The notes beneath the pieces are model-generated. The model was not told the origin of the DNA and did no database searches. It saw only the letters and a list, made by a program, of their open reading frames with translations. From Armatimonadota bacterium (GTDB lineage Bacteria > Armatimonadota > UBA5829): a DNA stretch of 64,000 nucleotides. This document shows, one piece after another, positions 44,358 to 53,969 of the stretch (positions are counted from its first letter, which is position 1; the number at the start of each line of letters is the position of its first letter). Where the stretch lies: NCBI GenBank assembly GCA_012522575.1, contig JAAYKE010000071.1:2058-66057 (forward strand), in the 5' to 3' direction. A program made the translations under genes and the position numbers.

Positions 44358-44940
44358 TTGCCGTCACCTCTTTCTCCTTTTGCTCCAGGTTGAGCATAAC
44401 TGCGCCGATCTCAAACTCAATAGCCTCGGATTTGCCCTGGCTTGATTTTTGCGTATAATGCAGATCGACGCTCTTAAAATACGGGTTGGAGTGCAGCCTG
44501 AGCATGGTCTCTCCGACTCTGGCCTGCTCGTCGGTCATCCCCGCGATATTAAGTGTCATATCCTTGCTGCCCGCCGAGTTCGTGGTGGAAATCCGTGTCA
44601 GCCAGGCGGACTCAGGCACGCTCTGAGTAAGCCGATCCAGCGCGTTATACCAGCACATGGTCTTGGCCATTGCTTCGTTGAGCAGATCGACTTTTGGCTT
44701 TAACTCCGAAGTTTTGTTCTCTAGCGCCTGAATGGTTTTGATCTTTGGCGCCAGTGTCTGCAGTTGCGCATTAAACTCGGCGATTGTGGCGCGGGTGGTT
44801 ATGGTTTTGGTAAATACCCATCCTCCCAAAGCGACCACGAACACCAACTCCGCCAGGATCAACAGCGCCAGCCTGCGCATCGCATGTTCGAGCCGGCGTT
44901 TCTCTGCGCGCCGGGGAGCAATCATATTTATGGAAGGCAT
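44338..44940 (-). CDS. pilN: Type IV pilus alignment protein PilN
   Basis: MPSINMIAP, TM, coiled coil, LTQSVPESAWLTRI. Confidence 0.85.
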   Translation of the reverse strand: MPSINMIAPRRAEKRRLEHAMRRLALLILAELVFVVALGGWVFTKTITTRATIAEFNAQLQTLAPKIKTIQALENKTSELKPKVDLLNEAMAKTMCWYNALDRLTQSVPESAWLTRISTTNSAGSKDMTLNIAGMTDEQARVGETMLRLHSNPYFKSVDLHYTQKSSQGKSEAIEFEIGAVMLNLEQKEKEVTASGANQS

Positions 44941-44966
44941 CAGCGATACTCCTTTTGTCTGGGCGT

Positions 44967-46091
44967 CTAAGCGACCGCCTTCGACGTGTTCTCGGGGATT
45001 AGCTCCTTGAGCGCAAGCCCCGTGCTTACGGCGAGCACTGAACCATGTTCGTCGATAAAATCTTTGTTTACCGCCTCCGTTTTGATAGCTGTCTGCTCAA
45101 AAACGTGGGCAACTTCGACATTAATGCCGAGCTTGTTGGAAATATAAGTCCCCAATCCGGGAATGCGGGCAGTGCCTCCGGTGACAACGATCTTGTCGAC
45201 CCCTGCATCGGCGCTGCCTTCCGGGAACTGCGACTGATAGAAGTGGATTGAGCGCCGAATCTCGCGGATCAACTCGTCAAGCAGGGGTTGAACCACCCGC
45301 CAGCATTTGTTATCCCCGCCGACCGCGTTTAACTCGTCTATGGGATATTGGGCGGTCATCTCGCGCTTTGCCCGTTCGGCGTCGTCGAATCCGCCTCCCA
45401 GCAGCGATCTGATAGAGTTGGTAAAACTATCCCCGGCTATGGGAATGTTGCGCGTGAGGGCGAAGTCACCTTTGCTTACTATATCGACATTTGTATGGCT
45501 TGCGCCGATATCGATCAGGGCGATTGTGCTGTTGAGATATTCATCGGTGGCATTGAACTCAACAAGCGCTCGAATCAACGCAAAAGACTCTATGTCGATG
45601 ACCAAAGGCTCAAGCCCGGCGGATTCCAGCGTGGCTACGCGACTATCGATCATATCGCGCGGAGCCGCAACCAGCATAACATTCATCTGATTGGGGTCTT
45701 CGGCCTCGCCGAGTATCTCAAACTCGACTATGCTGTCCTCCATAGAAGAAGAAATGAATTTGCCGGCCTCATACTTGATGGATTTGCGCAGCATCGCCTC
45801 TGGCATCTTCGGGAACTGTACCTGGCGCACGATCACCTGCGAGCCTGATATCGCGCAGACTGCTCCGCCGGCCTTGATGTCGGCGTCACGCAGCATATTG
45901 CGGATCTCCTGGCTGACATCAACAATGTTGATTATGCAGCCATCCTTTATGGCTTCACTGGGAGTCGGCGCGACTGCGGCATTTACAACTGTCCAGCCGT
46001 TGGGGGTCGGCTCGATCTCGACCGCTTTTATCGATGAGCTGCCGATATCAATGCCAACCGTGACCTCTTTACCGAAAAATGAGCTGATCAC
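44967..46091 (-). CDS. pilM: Type IV pilus assembly protein PilM (FtsA/actin-like)
   Basis: VGIDIGSSSIKAVE, IDIGASHTNV, TGGTARIPGL, STGLAL. Probable GTG start at 46091 with GGAGG upstream. Confidence 0.92.
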   Translation of the reverse strand: MISSFFGKEVTVGIDIGSSSIKAVEIEPTPNGWTVVNAAVAPTPSEAIKDGCIINIVDVSQEIRNMLRDADIKAGGAVCAISGSQVIVRQVQFPKMPEAMLRKSIKYEAGKFISSSMEDSIVEFEILGEAEDPNQMNVMLVAAPRDMIDSRVATLESAGLEPLVIDIESFALIRALVEFNATDEYLNSTIALIDIGASHTNVDIVSKGDFALTRNIPIAGDSFTNSIRSLLGGGFDDAERAKREMTAQYPIDELNAVGGDNKCWRVVQPLLDELIREIRRSIHFYQSQFPEGSADAGVDKIVVTGGTARIPGLGTYISNKLGINVEVAHVFEQTAIKTEAVNKDFIDEHGSVLAVSTGLALKELIPENTSKAVA

Positions 46092-46302
46092 GAGCCTGTA
46101 ACCTCCTCGCATTGGCGAGCGAATCAAAACAATAAACCTATCCTCATAAAGGATTATCGTCATTTATCCGCCCAACTGTAGTTCTGTTTGGAGATACATC
46201 GACATTACAGTAAAAATTACCGGCAATATGGAATGAGCGCAGGGCAGGCGACGGATGATGTGGAAGTAGAATGTGCAGGCAGACAGGGCAAAGGAAGCAA
46301 GA

Positions 46303-46998
46303 TTGATTTACCAGGCAGTTATATTCGATCTGTTCGGCACACTTGTAGACAGCGCAAATTCCGCTCATCTTATCAAGCTTTTTCGTGAACCGGTGGCGTC
46401 TCTGGATTGCGACGCCGATGAGTTTATGACCGCGTGGCTTGGGATTTATCAGGACAGGGCGACCGGACGGCTCGGCAGCGTGGCAAATGAGATAAAATAT
46501 CTCTGCGATCGAATGGGGGTTCAAGCTACTCCCGATCAACTGCAAACGGTGCTCGATCTCAGGCTCGATGCGTTTCGCCGGCAATGCGAGCCGCGCACAA
46601 GCGTACCCGACACCCTGAGGAAATTGAAACAAATGGGTCTGAAGGTCGGCCTGATCTCAGATTGCGGCTCAGAAATTCCTGATATATGGCCTGATCTCGC
46701 GCTTTCTACTCTAATTGATGAGGCTGTCTTTTCCTGCAGTGAGGGAACTACCAAGCCTGACCCGACTCTTTACCGCATCGCATGCGAGAGGCTGGAAGTC
46801 GAACCGTCCCGATGCATCTATGTTGGAGATGGCGGCAGTCGCGAGCTTTCCGGCGCGTCGGCAGCGGGGATGGAGCCGGTTCTGATTCGCGTTGACTACG
46901 AACATTTTTTCGATGCAAACAGGGCGGACATTCGCAACTGGACAGGCAAAGTCATATCCGACATCAGCGAAGTGTTGGATATCGTCGCTTATCAATAA
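46303..46998 (+). CDS. HAD-family hydrolase
   Basis: IFDLFGTL, LISDC, TKPDP..Y, YVGDGGSRELSGA. Confidence 0.9.
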   Translation: MIYQAVIFDLFGTLVDSANSAHLIKLFREPVASLDCDADEFMTAWLGIYQDRATGRLGSVANEIKYLCDRMGVQATPDQLQTVLDLRLDAFRRQCEPRTSVPDTLRKLKQMGLKVGLISDCGSEIPDIWPDLALSTLIDEAVFSCSEGTTKPDPTLYRIACERLEVEPSRCIYVGDGGSRELSGASAAGMEPVLIRVDYEHFFDANRADIRNWTGKVISDISEVLDIVAYQ

Positions 46999-47017
46999 TC
47001 ATTCCAACCTATAAAGC

Positions 47018-47367
47018 GTAGTGGCCGTGCCTCTGCCCCGGCCATAACAACAAACTATGTCATTTCGAACGAAGTGAGAAATCTGCTTTTTTCGATGTCC
47101 GAGGTCAGATGTTCGAAGTCCGATCAAGCCTTCTTAGGATACCCCTATTACGATACCATATAGTTATTTCCGGCTTTCGCTTCTTTCGCGTTTTCGCGTT
47201 TTCCTAAAAAATACAAGAAATCTGCTTTTTTCGATGTCCGATATCCGAGGTTCGAAGTCCGATCAAGCCTTCTTAGGCTACCTCTATTACGATACCATAT
47301 AGTTATTTCCGGCTTTCGCTTCTTTCGCGCTTTCGCGTTTCCCCAAAAATACAAGAAATCTGCTTTT
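47018..47367. repeat. Composite GTAG-REP + TGTC-REP followed by two ~138-bp tandem units
   Basis: GTAGTGGCCGTGCCTCTGCCCCGGCCA (47018-47044), TGTCATTTCG..AGAAATCTGCTTTT (47058-47090). AGAAATCTGCTTTT recurs at 47077, 47216 and 47354 with near-identical sequence in between. Confidence 0.88.
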
Positions 47368-47406
47368 ACGGAAAACGCAAAATCCTCTCAATAAAATATA
47401 TATTTA

Positions 47407-48822
47407 TCAGGAGGAAACGCTGACAAGCTGCTCCTCATCCTCCGGTTTTGGATCATCGGGTTCATTTCTACACGGCCTGAGAGACCACGTAAACGCCAGC
47501 AGAATAGCCGCCATCAACGTGCACGCCAATATCGTTACAATTATAATATTCCAGGCGACGTGTTTGTCGTATAGCTTTGTGTAATGATCCTGCATCCAGC
47601 CGAACGCCCACGATTCTATGACCTTGCCCGCATATCCAACCAGTCCGATAAACCCTGCCACAGTGCCAATCGCCTTCTTTGATGTCAAGTCCAGGCTCTG
47701 CACTACGATCAGGTTGATGACGGGATAAACGAAGAACCCGACCAGCCCAAGCATAGTGAAGTCCAGCCAAAGCATTCCTTTAGGAGTCACCAGTATTGCG
47801 ATGAACGCACCCAGAATGGGGATCATACACAACGTAGAGACCATTCCTCTGCGGCCACCGAGCTTGTCGGAGAGCCAGCCAAGCAAAATCGTGGATGGGA
47901 CTCCTCCAAATTCCGTTATCACAACCGCCAGGCCGCCTGCCGTGATGCTTGCCCCTTTGATCTCCCGCAGATACGTCGGCCCCCAGTCCAGCATGCTGTA
48001 ACGGGACACATAAGCGAAGAAGTTTGCGAACGCCAAAAGCCAGACATACTTATTCAGCAGCACGTGATCGACAAACAGTTCTTTGAAGCTAAGCTCTCGC
48101 TCAGGGGAGTCTCCATCTTTGACCTGTGCGGGACAGTCATCATTATATACTTCAATAGGAGGCAGCCCCACCGATTGAGGGGTGTCAACTAATCTGGCAA
48201 AAATATAGATCGCCCCGGCCAGCGCCATAACTCCGGGTATGTAAAACGCATACTGCCATCCGCCGAAATGGATAACTGCCCAGGCGGCGATGTATCCGCA
48301 GACCCCGCCACCAACATTGTGCGAGGTGTTCCATATACTGAAAGTAAGCCCGCGCTCGCGTTCGCTGAACCAGTGTCCCATCGATCTTCCGCAGGGCGGC
48401 CATCCCATCCCCTGCACAAGTCCGTTGAGCGCCCACAGCAGCAGATGCAGATTAAAGTTGCCTGCTGCGCCAAATGCAAAGTTGCAAAGCGCGGTCAAAA
48501 GCAAACCCAGCGACATAAACTTGCGGGCATCGCTGCGATCCGACCAGGCTCCCATAAAGAACTTTCCAATGCCATAGGTCGCCGCGGTGACAGCCATCAA
48601 CATGCCTATGTCGGATTTCGTGTAGTGCAGGGTATCCTGGATGTCTTTGGCGACTACGGAGAGGTTATTACTGCGCAGCAGATAATAGGTGGCATAGCCG
48701 AGAAACGTAGCTTCCATCACCCGCCATCGATATTTGGGGTAACGGCGCCGGACTTCATCATCCGGCAACTGCTTAATATGCGGGGCAGCCGCAAGGGGAT
48801 TCTTGAATCGAAAGAATGCCAT
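47407..48822 (-). CDS. MFS organophosphate:Pi antiporter (GlpT/PgtP/UhpT family)
   Basis: FLGYATYYLLR, YGIGKFFMG, QGMGWPPC, WNTSHNVGG, DTPQSVGLP, DWGPTYL. Confidence 0.9.
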   Translation of the reverse strand: MAFFRFKNPLAAAPHIKQLPDDEVRRRYPKYRWRVMEATFLGYATYYLLRSNNLSVVAKDIQDTLHYTKSDIGMLMAVTAATYGIGKFFMGAWSDRSDARKFMSLGLLLTALCNFAFGAAGNFNLHLLLWALNGLVQGMGWPPCGRSMGHWFSERERGLTFSIWNTSHNVGGGVCGYIAAWAVIHFGGWQYAFYIPGVMALAGAIYIFARLVDTPQSVGLPPIEVYNDDCPAQVKDGDSPERELSFKELFVDHVLLNKYVWLLAFANFFAYVSRYSMLDWGPTYLREIKGASITAGGLAVVITEFGGVPSTILLGWLSDKLGGRRGMVSTLCMIPILGAFIAILVTPKGMLWLDFTMLGLVGFFVYPVINLIVVQSLDLTSKKAIGTVAGFIGLVGYAGKVIESWAFGWMQDHYTKLYDKHVAWNIIIVTILACTLMAAILLAFTWSLRPCRNEPDDPKPEDEEQLVSVSS

Positions 48823-48932
48823 ACTACCTCCTATGCCCGGGCATCTTTTGATTCAAGATCTGCCGGTTAAGCTCATGTTAATCAAGCCGATCCATAAATC
48901 CTCCATACATAGCAGCATTATCAACCGCCGAC

Positions 48933-49886
48933 CTACGAATAATTGCCCTCTTTTCGCCAAACATCGAGCATCAGCTCGTATCTTTCCAGCCGCATTCCCG
49001 TATAAATGCAGTTACTGGTAGAAAAAATATATCCTCCGCCCGGCATTCCGTGTCTCAGGCAATAACGAACAGAGTCGATCACTTCCTCATCTGTGCCGGT
49101 ATCGAGCACGCCGCAGTTTACGTTGCCGATAAGGCAGATTCTGTCTCCGTAAAGACGTTTGACTTCCGCTATGTCAACGCCCGCTTGCGGGTCTATCGAG
49201 TGCAGCGCGTGAGGCTCGGCCTGCACCAACTGATCCAGAATCGGCATAATATTGCCGTCGGTGTGTTTGATAGTATAAAAACCCATATCCCGGTATCCGG
49301 CAATCAGTCTGGCAAGATATGGAGTCACAAACTCCGAAAACTGGTTTGGGCTGAGAAACGGGCCTGTGTTGAGACAATAATCCGCACACAAGGCAAATCC
49401 GTCAAGCTCGCCGTGCCGTCTAATCATTTCAGCGCCTTTCAGCGCATTATCGACCATCGCATCCGCCTGCCTTTTGACGCCCTCCGGATCATCCGCCAGC
49501 CGGTAGCTGAAATCCACCATACTATTTCCGTCGGGAATCGAATAGGTGGCGTCGCCGTGGATCATCAGGAAATATTTATCCGCCGTCTTGTCCCGAATAA
49601 TATCTATCAGCCGAAACAGTTCTTCGTGACCGCCGGGGTTAGGATGCAAAAATATGGCGCTGTGCTCGAATCGCTCGGCGGTTTCAATGAACATATCCGC
49701 CATATCGTTGCGATGAAGCCGGCGTTCCTTTTCCTCCATCTGCTGCCACTGTCCATAGCTGCGCTGAGAAGTATGCAGCTTCCCGAACGCCTCCATCGTC
49801 AAGAAAAAAACAAGCTCAAAATGCGGCGTTCGGCCGGTGATGGGCTGGCGGGTCAATGCGGAGATAAATTTCTGTTTTGGAGTCAT
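48933..49886 (-). CDS. Uroporphyrinogen decarboxylase / cobamide methyltransferase superfamily protein
   Basis: CADY..GPFLSP..F, KHTDGNI, LIGNVNC, GGGYIFSTSNCI. Confidence 0.85.
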   Translation of the reverse strand: MTPKQKFISALTRQPITGRTPHFELVFFLTMEAFGKLHTSQRSYGQWQQMEEKERRLHRNDMADMFIETAERFEHSAIFLHPNPGGHEELFRLIDIIRDKTADKYFLMIHGDATYSIPDGNSMVDFSYRLADDPEGVKRQADAMVDNALKGAEMIRRHGELDGFALCADYCLNTGPFLSPNQFSEFVTPYLARLIAGYRDMGFYTIKHTDGNIMPILDQLVQAEPHALHSIDPQAGVDIAEVKRLYGDRICLIGNVNCGVLDTGTDEEVIDSVRYCLRHGMPGGGYIFSTSNCIYTGMRLERYELMLDVWRKEGNYS

Positions 49887-49977
49887 ATTTACCTCGATCC
49901 GGTCGAGAGATTGGCAATTATCAGGATGGCGACCTCGAATGCCGCCACCCATCAACTATCATTTAACGTAATTCAAT

Positions 49978-50946
49978 CTACCAGGCAAATTCTTCCGGAG
50001 CCGTTTTATAGCCCGGGAAAATCTCGTTCAGCGCATCCAGCGTCTCCACAGACAGTTGTATGTCAAGCGCTCTGAGCAGCTCGTCAATCTGCTGCGTGGT
50101 TCGCGGCCCAACTATCGGCGCGGTAACCGCAGGGTTTGCCAGCAGCCAGGCCAGCGCAACGTTGGCCGGTTTCTCCCCCAGTTCATCGCACAGAGCTTCA
50201 TATTTTTCCAGCTTATCCCGGTTCTGTTCGATTTTCTCCAGTACGCCTCCCTCGGAGCGTCTGCCCTCGGATGCTTTCTTGAGCGCGCCGCCGAGAATGC
50301 CGCTACCAAGAGGACTCCAGGGGATAACGCCAAGGCCATAGTCCCTGCAGGCAGGCAGCAATTCCATTTCCACTTTTCGCTCGGTTAGATTATACAGACA
50401 CTGCTCGGCGACCAGTCCCATAAAATTGCGCCGTTTTGCCGCCTCATTGGCCTTTACGATATGCCACCCTGCAAAGTTGCTCGACCCAACATACATCACC
50501 TTGCCCTGGGCCACCAGCGTCTCCATTGCCTGCCATATCTCTTCCCACGGGCATGCGCGATCTACATGGTGCATCTGATAAAGATCGATATAATCCGTTT
50601 GCAGTCGCCGCAGGCTCGCTTCGCACTGCCGGATAATCGACAGCGCGGACAGCTTTTCCTCGTTCGGCCAATTACCCATTTTGCAGAAAACTTTGGTGGC
50701 GAGGACTGTTTTTTCACGCCGTCCGCCCCCTTGCGCGAACCAGCGTCCCACTATTTTTTCTGTTATCCCTTCGCCGAGTTGCCATCCGTAGTTATTGGCT
50801 GTATCAAAAAAATTAATCCCGTGTTCGTGGGCGCGATCCATAATCGCGTGGCTGTCAGGCTCATTGGTCTGCGGGCCGAAGTTCATAGTGCCGAGGCAAA
50901 ACCTGCTTACGACCAACCCTGTGCGTCCGAGATGAGTATACTGCAT
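49978..50946 (-). CDS. Aldo/keto reductase
   Basis: LGTMNFG, FFDTANNYG, LATK, SLRRLQTDYIDLYQMH, IPWSPLGSG. Confidence 0.95.
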   Translation of the reverse strand: MQYTHLGRTGLVVSRFCLGTMNFGPQTNEPDSHAIMDRAHEHGINFFDTANNYGWQLGEGITEKIVGRWFAQGGGRREKTVLATKVFCKMGNWPNEEKLSALSIIRQCEASLRRLQTDYIDLYQMHHVDRACPWEEIWQAMETLVAQGKVMYVGSSNFAGWHIVKANEAAKRRNFMGLVAEQCLYNLTERKVEMELLPACRDYGLGVIPWSPLGSGILGGALKKASEGRRSEGGVLEKIEQNRDKLEKYEALCDELGEKPANVALAWLLANPAVTAPIVGPRTTQQIDELLRALDIQLSVETLDALNEIFPGYKTAPEEFAW

Positions 50947-51149
50947 AATGACCTCCTTGGATGAATGCCAGTCTGCTCATTATGATGCCCGACGCCGTCT
51001 TATGTCAAACAGATATTAGAAAAGACAACTGCCCGCACTCACCGAAAAAACTATTGCGATAATATGGCAGCAATCCGGGCTGTCGGCATTTGACAACCAT
51101 CGAAGCTGGTGTTAGATTGTGTGCAAGACTGGTTCAGGAGATGGTTTCA

Positions 51150-52022
51150 ATGATCATAGACGCCCATAATCACCCTGATTGGCACGGACACAACCTGGAG
51201 CGATTTCTAAAGAACACCGCAGACAACAACATCGATGTCACCTGGTTGTTATCATGGGAATGTCCGCCGGATGAAGCCGATCCCTCGTTCAATTCGGCAA
51301 TGATGTCGTTTGGGCAGAACTGCCCGATCCCGTTCAGCAACTGCGTCTCATACGACCAGCGCGCGCCCGGAAAGTTCGTGTTGGGCTATGCGCCGGACCC
51401 CAGAAGACCGGAGGCCATCGATCAACTCGATGCCGCTGTGAGCATATACAAAGTGAAAGTCTGCGGCGAACTCAAACTGCGGATGATGTACGACAACTTC
51501 GATGCTTTGCGAATGTATCGATTCTGCGCGGAAAAGAAACTTCCGGTTATAGTGCATATAGACTACGAATTCAACTCCGGCCGCAAATATCCGCGTCCCA
51601 ACTACTGGTATGGGGGTGGAATAGAGGCGTTCGAAAGGGCAATACAGGCATGTCCTGAGACGATTTTCCTCGGTCACGCACCCGGCTTCTGGGCGCATAT
51701 CTCCGGCGATGACCAATATAACAAAGCGTCATACCCAAAAGGCCCGACGCTGCCCGGAGGCAAAGTCGTTCAGATGCTCAGAGACTATCCCAATCTCTAC
51801 TGCGACCTCTCCGCCGGGTCCGGATTCAACGCCTTGAACAGGGATCATGCCTTCGCCCGCGACTTCCTGCTTGAGTTCAAGGACAGGGTTCTTTATGCTC
51901 GCGACTATTTCGACAGCCAGCATCAGGAACTGCTCAATTCACTGGATTTGCCCGCTGATGTTCTCGAACAGATCTACTCCGGCAATGCGCTGCGGTTAGC
52001 GCCGTTGGAAAATCAACCATAG
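51150..52022 (+). CDS. Amidohydrolase_2 family protein (paralog 1)
   Basis: IIDAHNH, GELK, PVIVH, FLGHA, YCDLS..G, LYARDY, IYSGNALRL. Confidence 0.88.
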   Translation: MIIDAHNHPDWHGHNLERFLKNTADNNIDVTWLLSWECPPDEADPSFNSAMMSFGQNCPIPFSNCVSYDQRAPGKFVLGYAPDPRRPEAIDQLDAAVSIYKVKVCGELKLRMMYDNFDALRMYRFCAEKKLPVIVHIDYEFNSGRKYPRPNYWYGGGIEAFERAIQACPETIFLGHAPGFWAHISGDDQYNKASYPKGPTLPGGKVVQMLRDYPNLYCDLSAGSGFNALNRDHAFARDFLLEFKDRVLYARDYFDSQHQELLNSLDLPADVLEQIYSGNALRLAPLENQP

Positions 52023-52036
52023 GTACAGGTATAAAA

Positions 52037-52903
52037 ATGATAATCGATGCCCATAACCATCCGTTTTGCCACAAGCACAACGTTGATCAATTCCTGGAAA
52101 TTGCGAGATCATACAATATAGATGTAACATGGATGCTGAGTTGCGAGTATCCGCCGGACGAGGCTGACCCTTCTTTTTACTCACGCAGGGTGATGTTTGA
52201 TCAGTTCTACTCTCTGCCATTCAGCAAATGTCTTGAGTGGTATCAACACGCGCCGACCGAGTTTGTGTTGGGCTATGCGCCGGATCCGCGAAAACCCGAA
52301 GCCATCGATCAACTGGACGCCGCCATCAGTCTGTATAATGTGAAAGTATATGGCGAGCTGAAGCTGAGAATGATGTATGACAACCCCGATGCGCTGAGAA
52401 TGTACCGGTTTTGCGGGGAGAAAAAACTGCCTGTAATCGCGCATTTGGACTACGAATTCGATCGAGGCATCAAATATCCGCGTCCCAACTACTGGTATGG
52501 AGGGGGCATCGAGCCGTTTGAGAGGGCTGTTCAAGCGTGCCCTGATACTATCTTCATTGGGCATGCACCGGCATTCTGGGCGCATATCTCAGGGGACGGT
52601 CAACACGATAAAGTTCCATATCCCAAAGGTCCCGTGGTCCCCGGAGGCAAGCTGATTCAGATGCTGAAAGACTATCCGAACCTCTACTGCGACCTATCGG
52701 CAGGCTCCGGCCACAATGCGCTGAATAGAGACCTGGAATATGCGCGCGATTTCTTGCTGGAGTTCAAGGACAGAATGCTATACGCTCGCGATTACACCGA
52801 CAACAAGCACCAGGAACTGTTGAATTCTCTGGATTTGCCAGCCGATGTTCTCGAGCTGATCTACTCCGGCAACGCCCTGCGCCTGGTTCCGTTGGAATCG
52901 TAG
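52037..52903 (+). CDS. Amidohydrolase_2 family protein (paralog 2, tandem duplicate)
   Basis: Same motifs, with long identical stretches shared with paralog 1. Confidence 0.88.
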   Translation: MIIDAHNHPFCHKHNVDQFLEIARSYNIDVTWMLSCEYPPDEADPSFYSRRVMFDQFYSLPFSKCLEWYQHAPTEFVLGYAPDPRKPEAIDQLDAAISLYNVKVYGELKLRMMYDNPDALRMYRFCGEKKLPVIAHLDYEFDRGIKYPRPNYWYGGGIEPFERAVQACPDTIFIGHAPAFWAHISGDGQHDKVPYPKGPVVPGGKLIQMLKDYPNLYCDLSAGSGHNALNRDLEYARDFLLEFKDRMLYARDYTDNKHQELLNSLDLPADVLELIYSGNALRLVPLES

Positions 52904-53012
52904 GGCCGGTTTCCATCCCGGCCTATCTTTAGACCTGATTCGTAGAGGCCGGTTTCTATCCCGGCCTATCTTTAGACCTGATTCGTAGAGGCCGGTTTCC
53001 ATCCCGGCCTAT
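52900..53012. repeat. Tandem array of ~2.6 x 42-43-bp GTAG-tagged palindromic units
   Basis: Unit GTAG(A)GGCCGGTTTC(C/T)ATCCCGGCCTATCTTTAGACCTGATTC; the TAG of each unit falls at 52901, 52943 and 52986. Confidence 0.88.
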
Positions 53013-53035
53013 CCCGGCTCGTTCCGGTGACACGC

Positions 53036-53965
53036 TCATTTTGGCGCCAGTTGAATCAGCTTGTGGTAGTTTTCGACTATCGGCTGTCCCACTTCGTCGC
53101 AGGTCGCCACGTCGTGGATATGCGTCTCATACATCAGCGGCCCTGTGTAGCCGACATCCGCCAGCGCCTGCAGCACCGCGCTCCAGTCCAGATCTCCCCT
53201 AAACGGCAGCCAATGCCGCTCCTGACCATCCTGATCCGATATATGAATGCTCAGCAAATGCGATCCCACTTGTCGTATCATATCGGGGATACGCTCCGGC
53301 GGAAACTGATGGTTGACGTCGAAATTGACTCCCACGTTGGGACGGTCGACGCGCTCGATGATTTCCAGCAATTCCTCTACGGTGTTGCCGATTTCTTCTT
53401 TCGGCAGCGGCTCAAGGGCCAGGCTTACGCCACGCTGTCCCGCAAAGTCCGCTATTCGCCGCAAAGGGTCTATGGCAAGCTCGATCATAGTTTTACGAGG
53501 TCCTTTAGGGCCAGCATTCACCCCGGGATGCGACACAACGACCTTTGCTCCGATCTGTTCGGCAACCTCGATAGCGTCGCAATATCCCGCAACCGCGCCT
53601 TCTCTTGCCCTTTGCAACGGAGAGGAAGGGTTGCAATACATGCCATAAGGCGCATGCACAGACCAAAACTCTACATTGGCGGAGTCCAGCACGGCCTCGG
53701 TTACCGGGTCGCGCTCCCACGCGGTGGAATGGTAGCACTCCATAGCCTTTATCTCGTCCATAGAGTTGACGGTGCTCATCATCTCACGGACAAAGTTGAC
53801 CATCATTGCGTTCAATCGGTCGTCGAACCCCGTGAGGGTGCCCTGCACCGCAGCAGCATAGGCGGCAAGGCGAACCTCCTCGGGCATAACAAAAATAAAG
53901 CAGCTTCCGGATACCCCAAGACGCAAAGGGGTGCGGGGCGTGCAATTCGGATCAGCACAATTCAA
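53036..53965 (-). CDS. Sugar phosphate isomerase/epimerase (AP-endonuclease-2 TIM barrel)
   Basis: SVHAP, VVSHPG, LALEP, FDVNH, IHISDQDG..HWLPF.G..W..GYTGPLMYE. Confidence 0.85.
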   Translation of the reverse strand: MNCADPNCTPRTPLRLGVSGSCFIFVMPEEVRLAAYAAAVQGTLTGFDDRLNAMMVNFVREMMSTVNSMDEIKAMECYHSTAWERDPVTEAVLDSANVEFWSVHAPYGMYCNPSSPLQRAREGAVAGYCDAIEVAEQIGAKVVVSHPGVNAGPKGPRKTMIELAIDPLRRIADFAGQRGVSLALEPLPKEEIGNTVEELLEIIERVDRPNVGVNFDVNHQFPPERIPDMIRQVGSHLLSIHISDQDGQERHWLPFRGDLDWSAVLQALADVGYTGPLMYETHIHDVATCDEVGQPIVENYHKLIQLAPK

Positions 53966-53969
53966 TGGT

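Noticed and set aside
47077-47367. Possible CRISPR array or ncRNA gene
   Set aside because: The whole ~138-bp unit is duplicated, with no unique spacers and no recognisable Rfam structure.
52900-53012. Possible CRISPR array
   Set aside because: The sequences between the palindromes are identical rather than unique spacers, there are fewer than three full units, and there are no cas genes.
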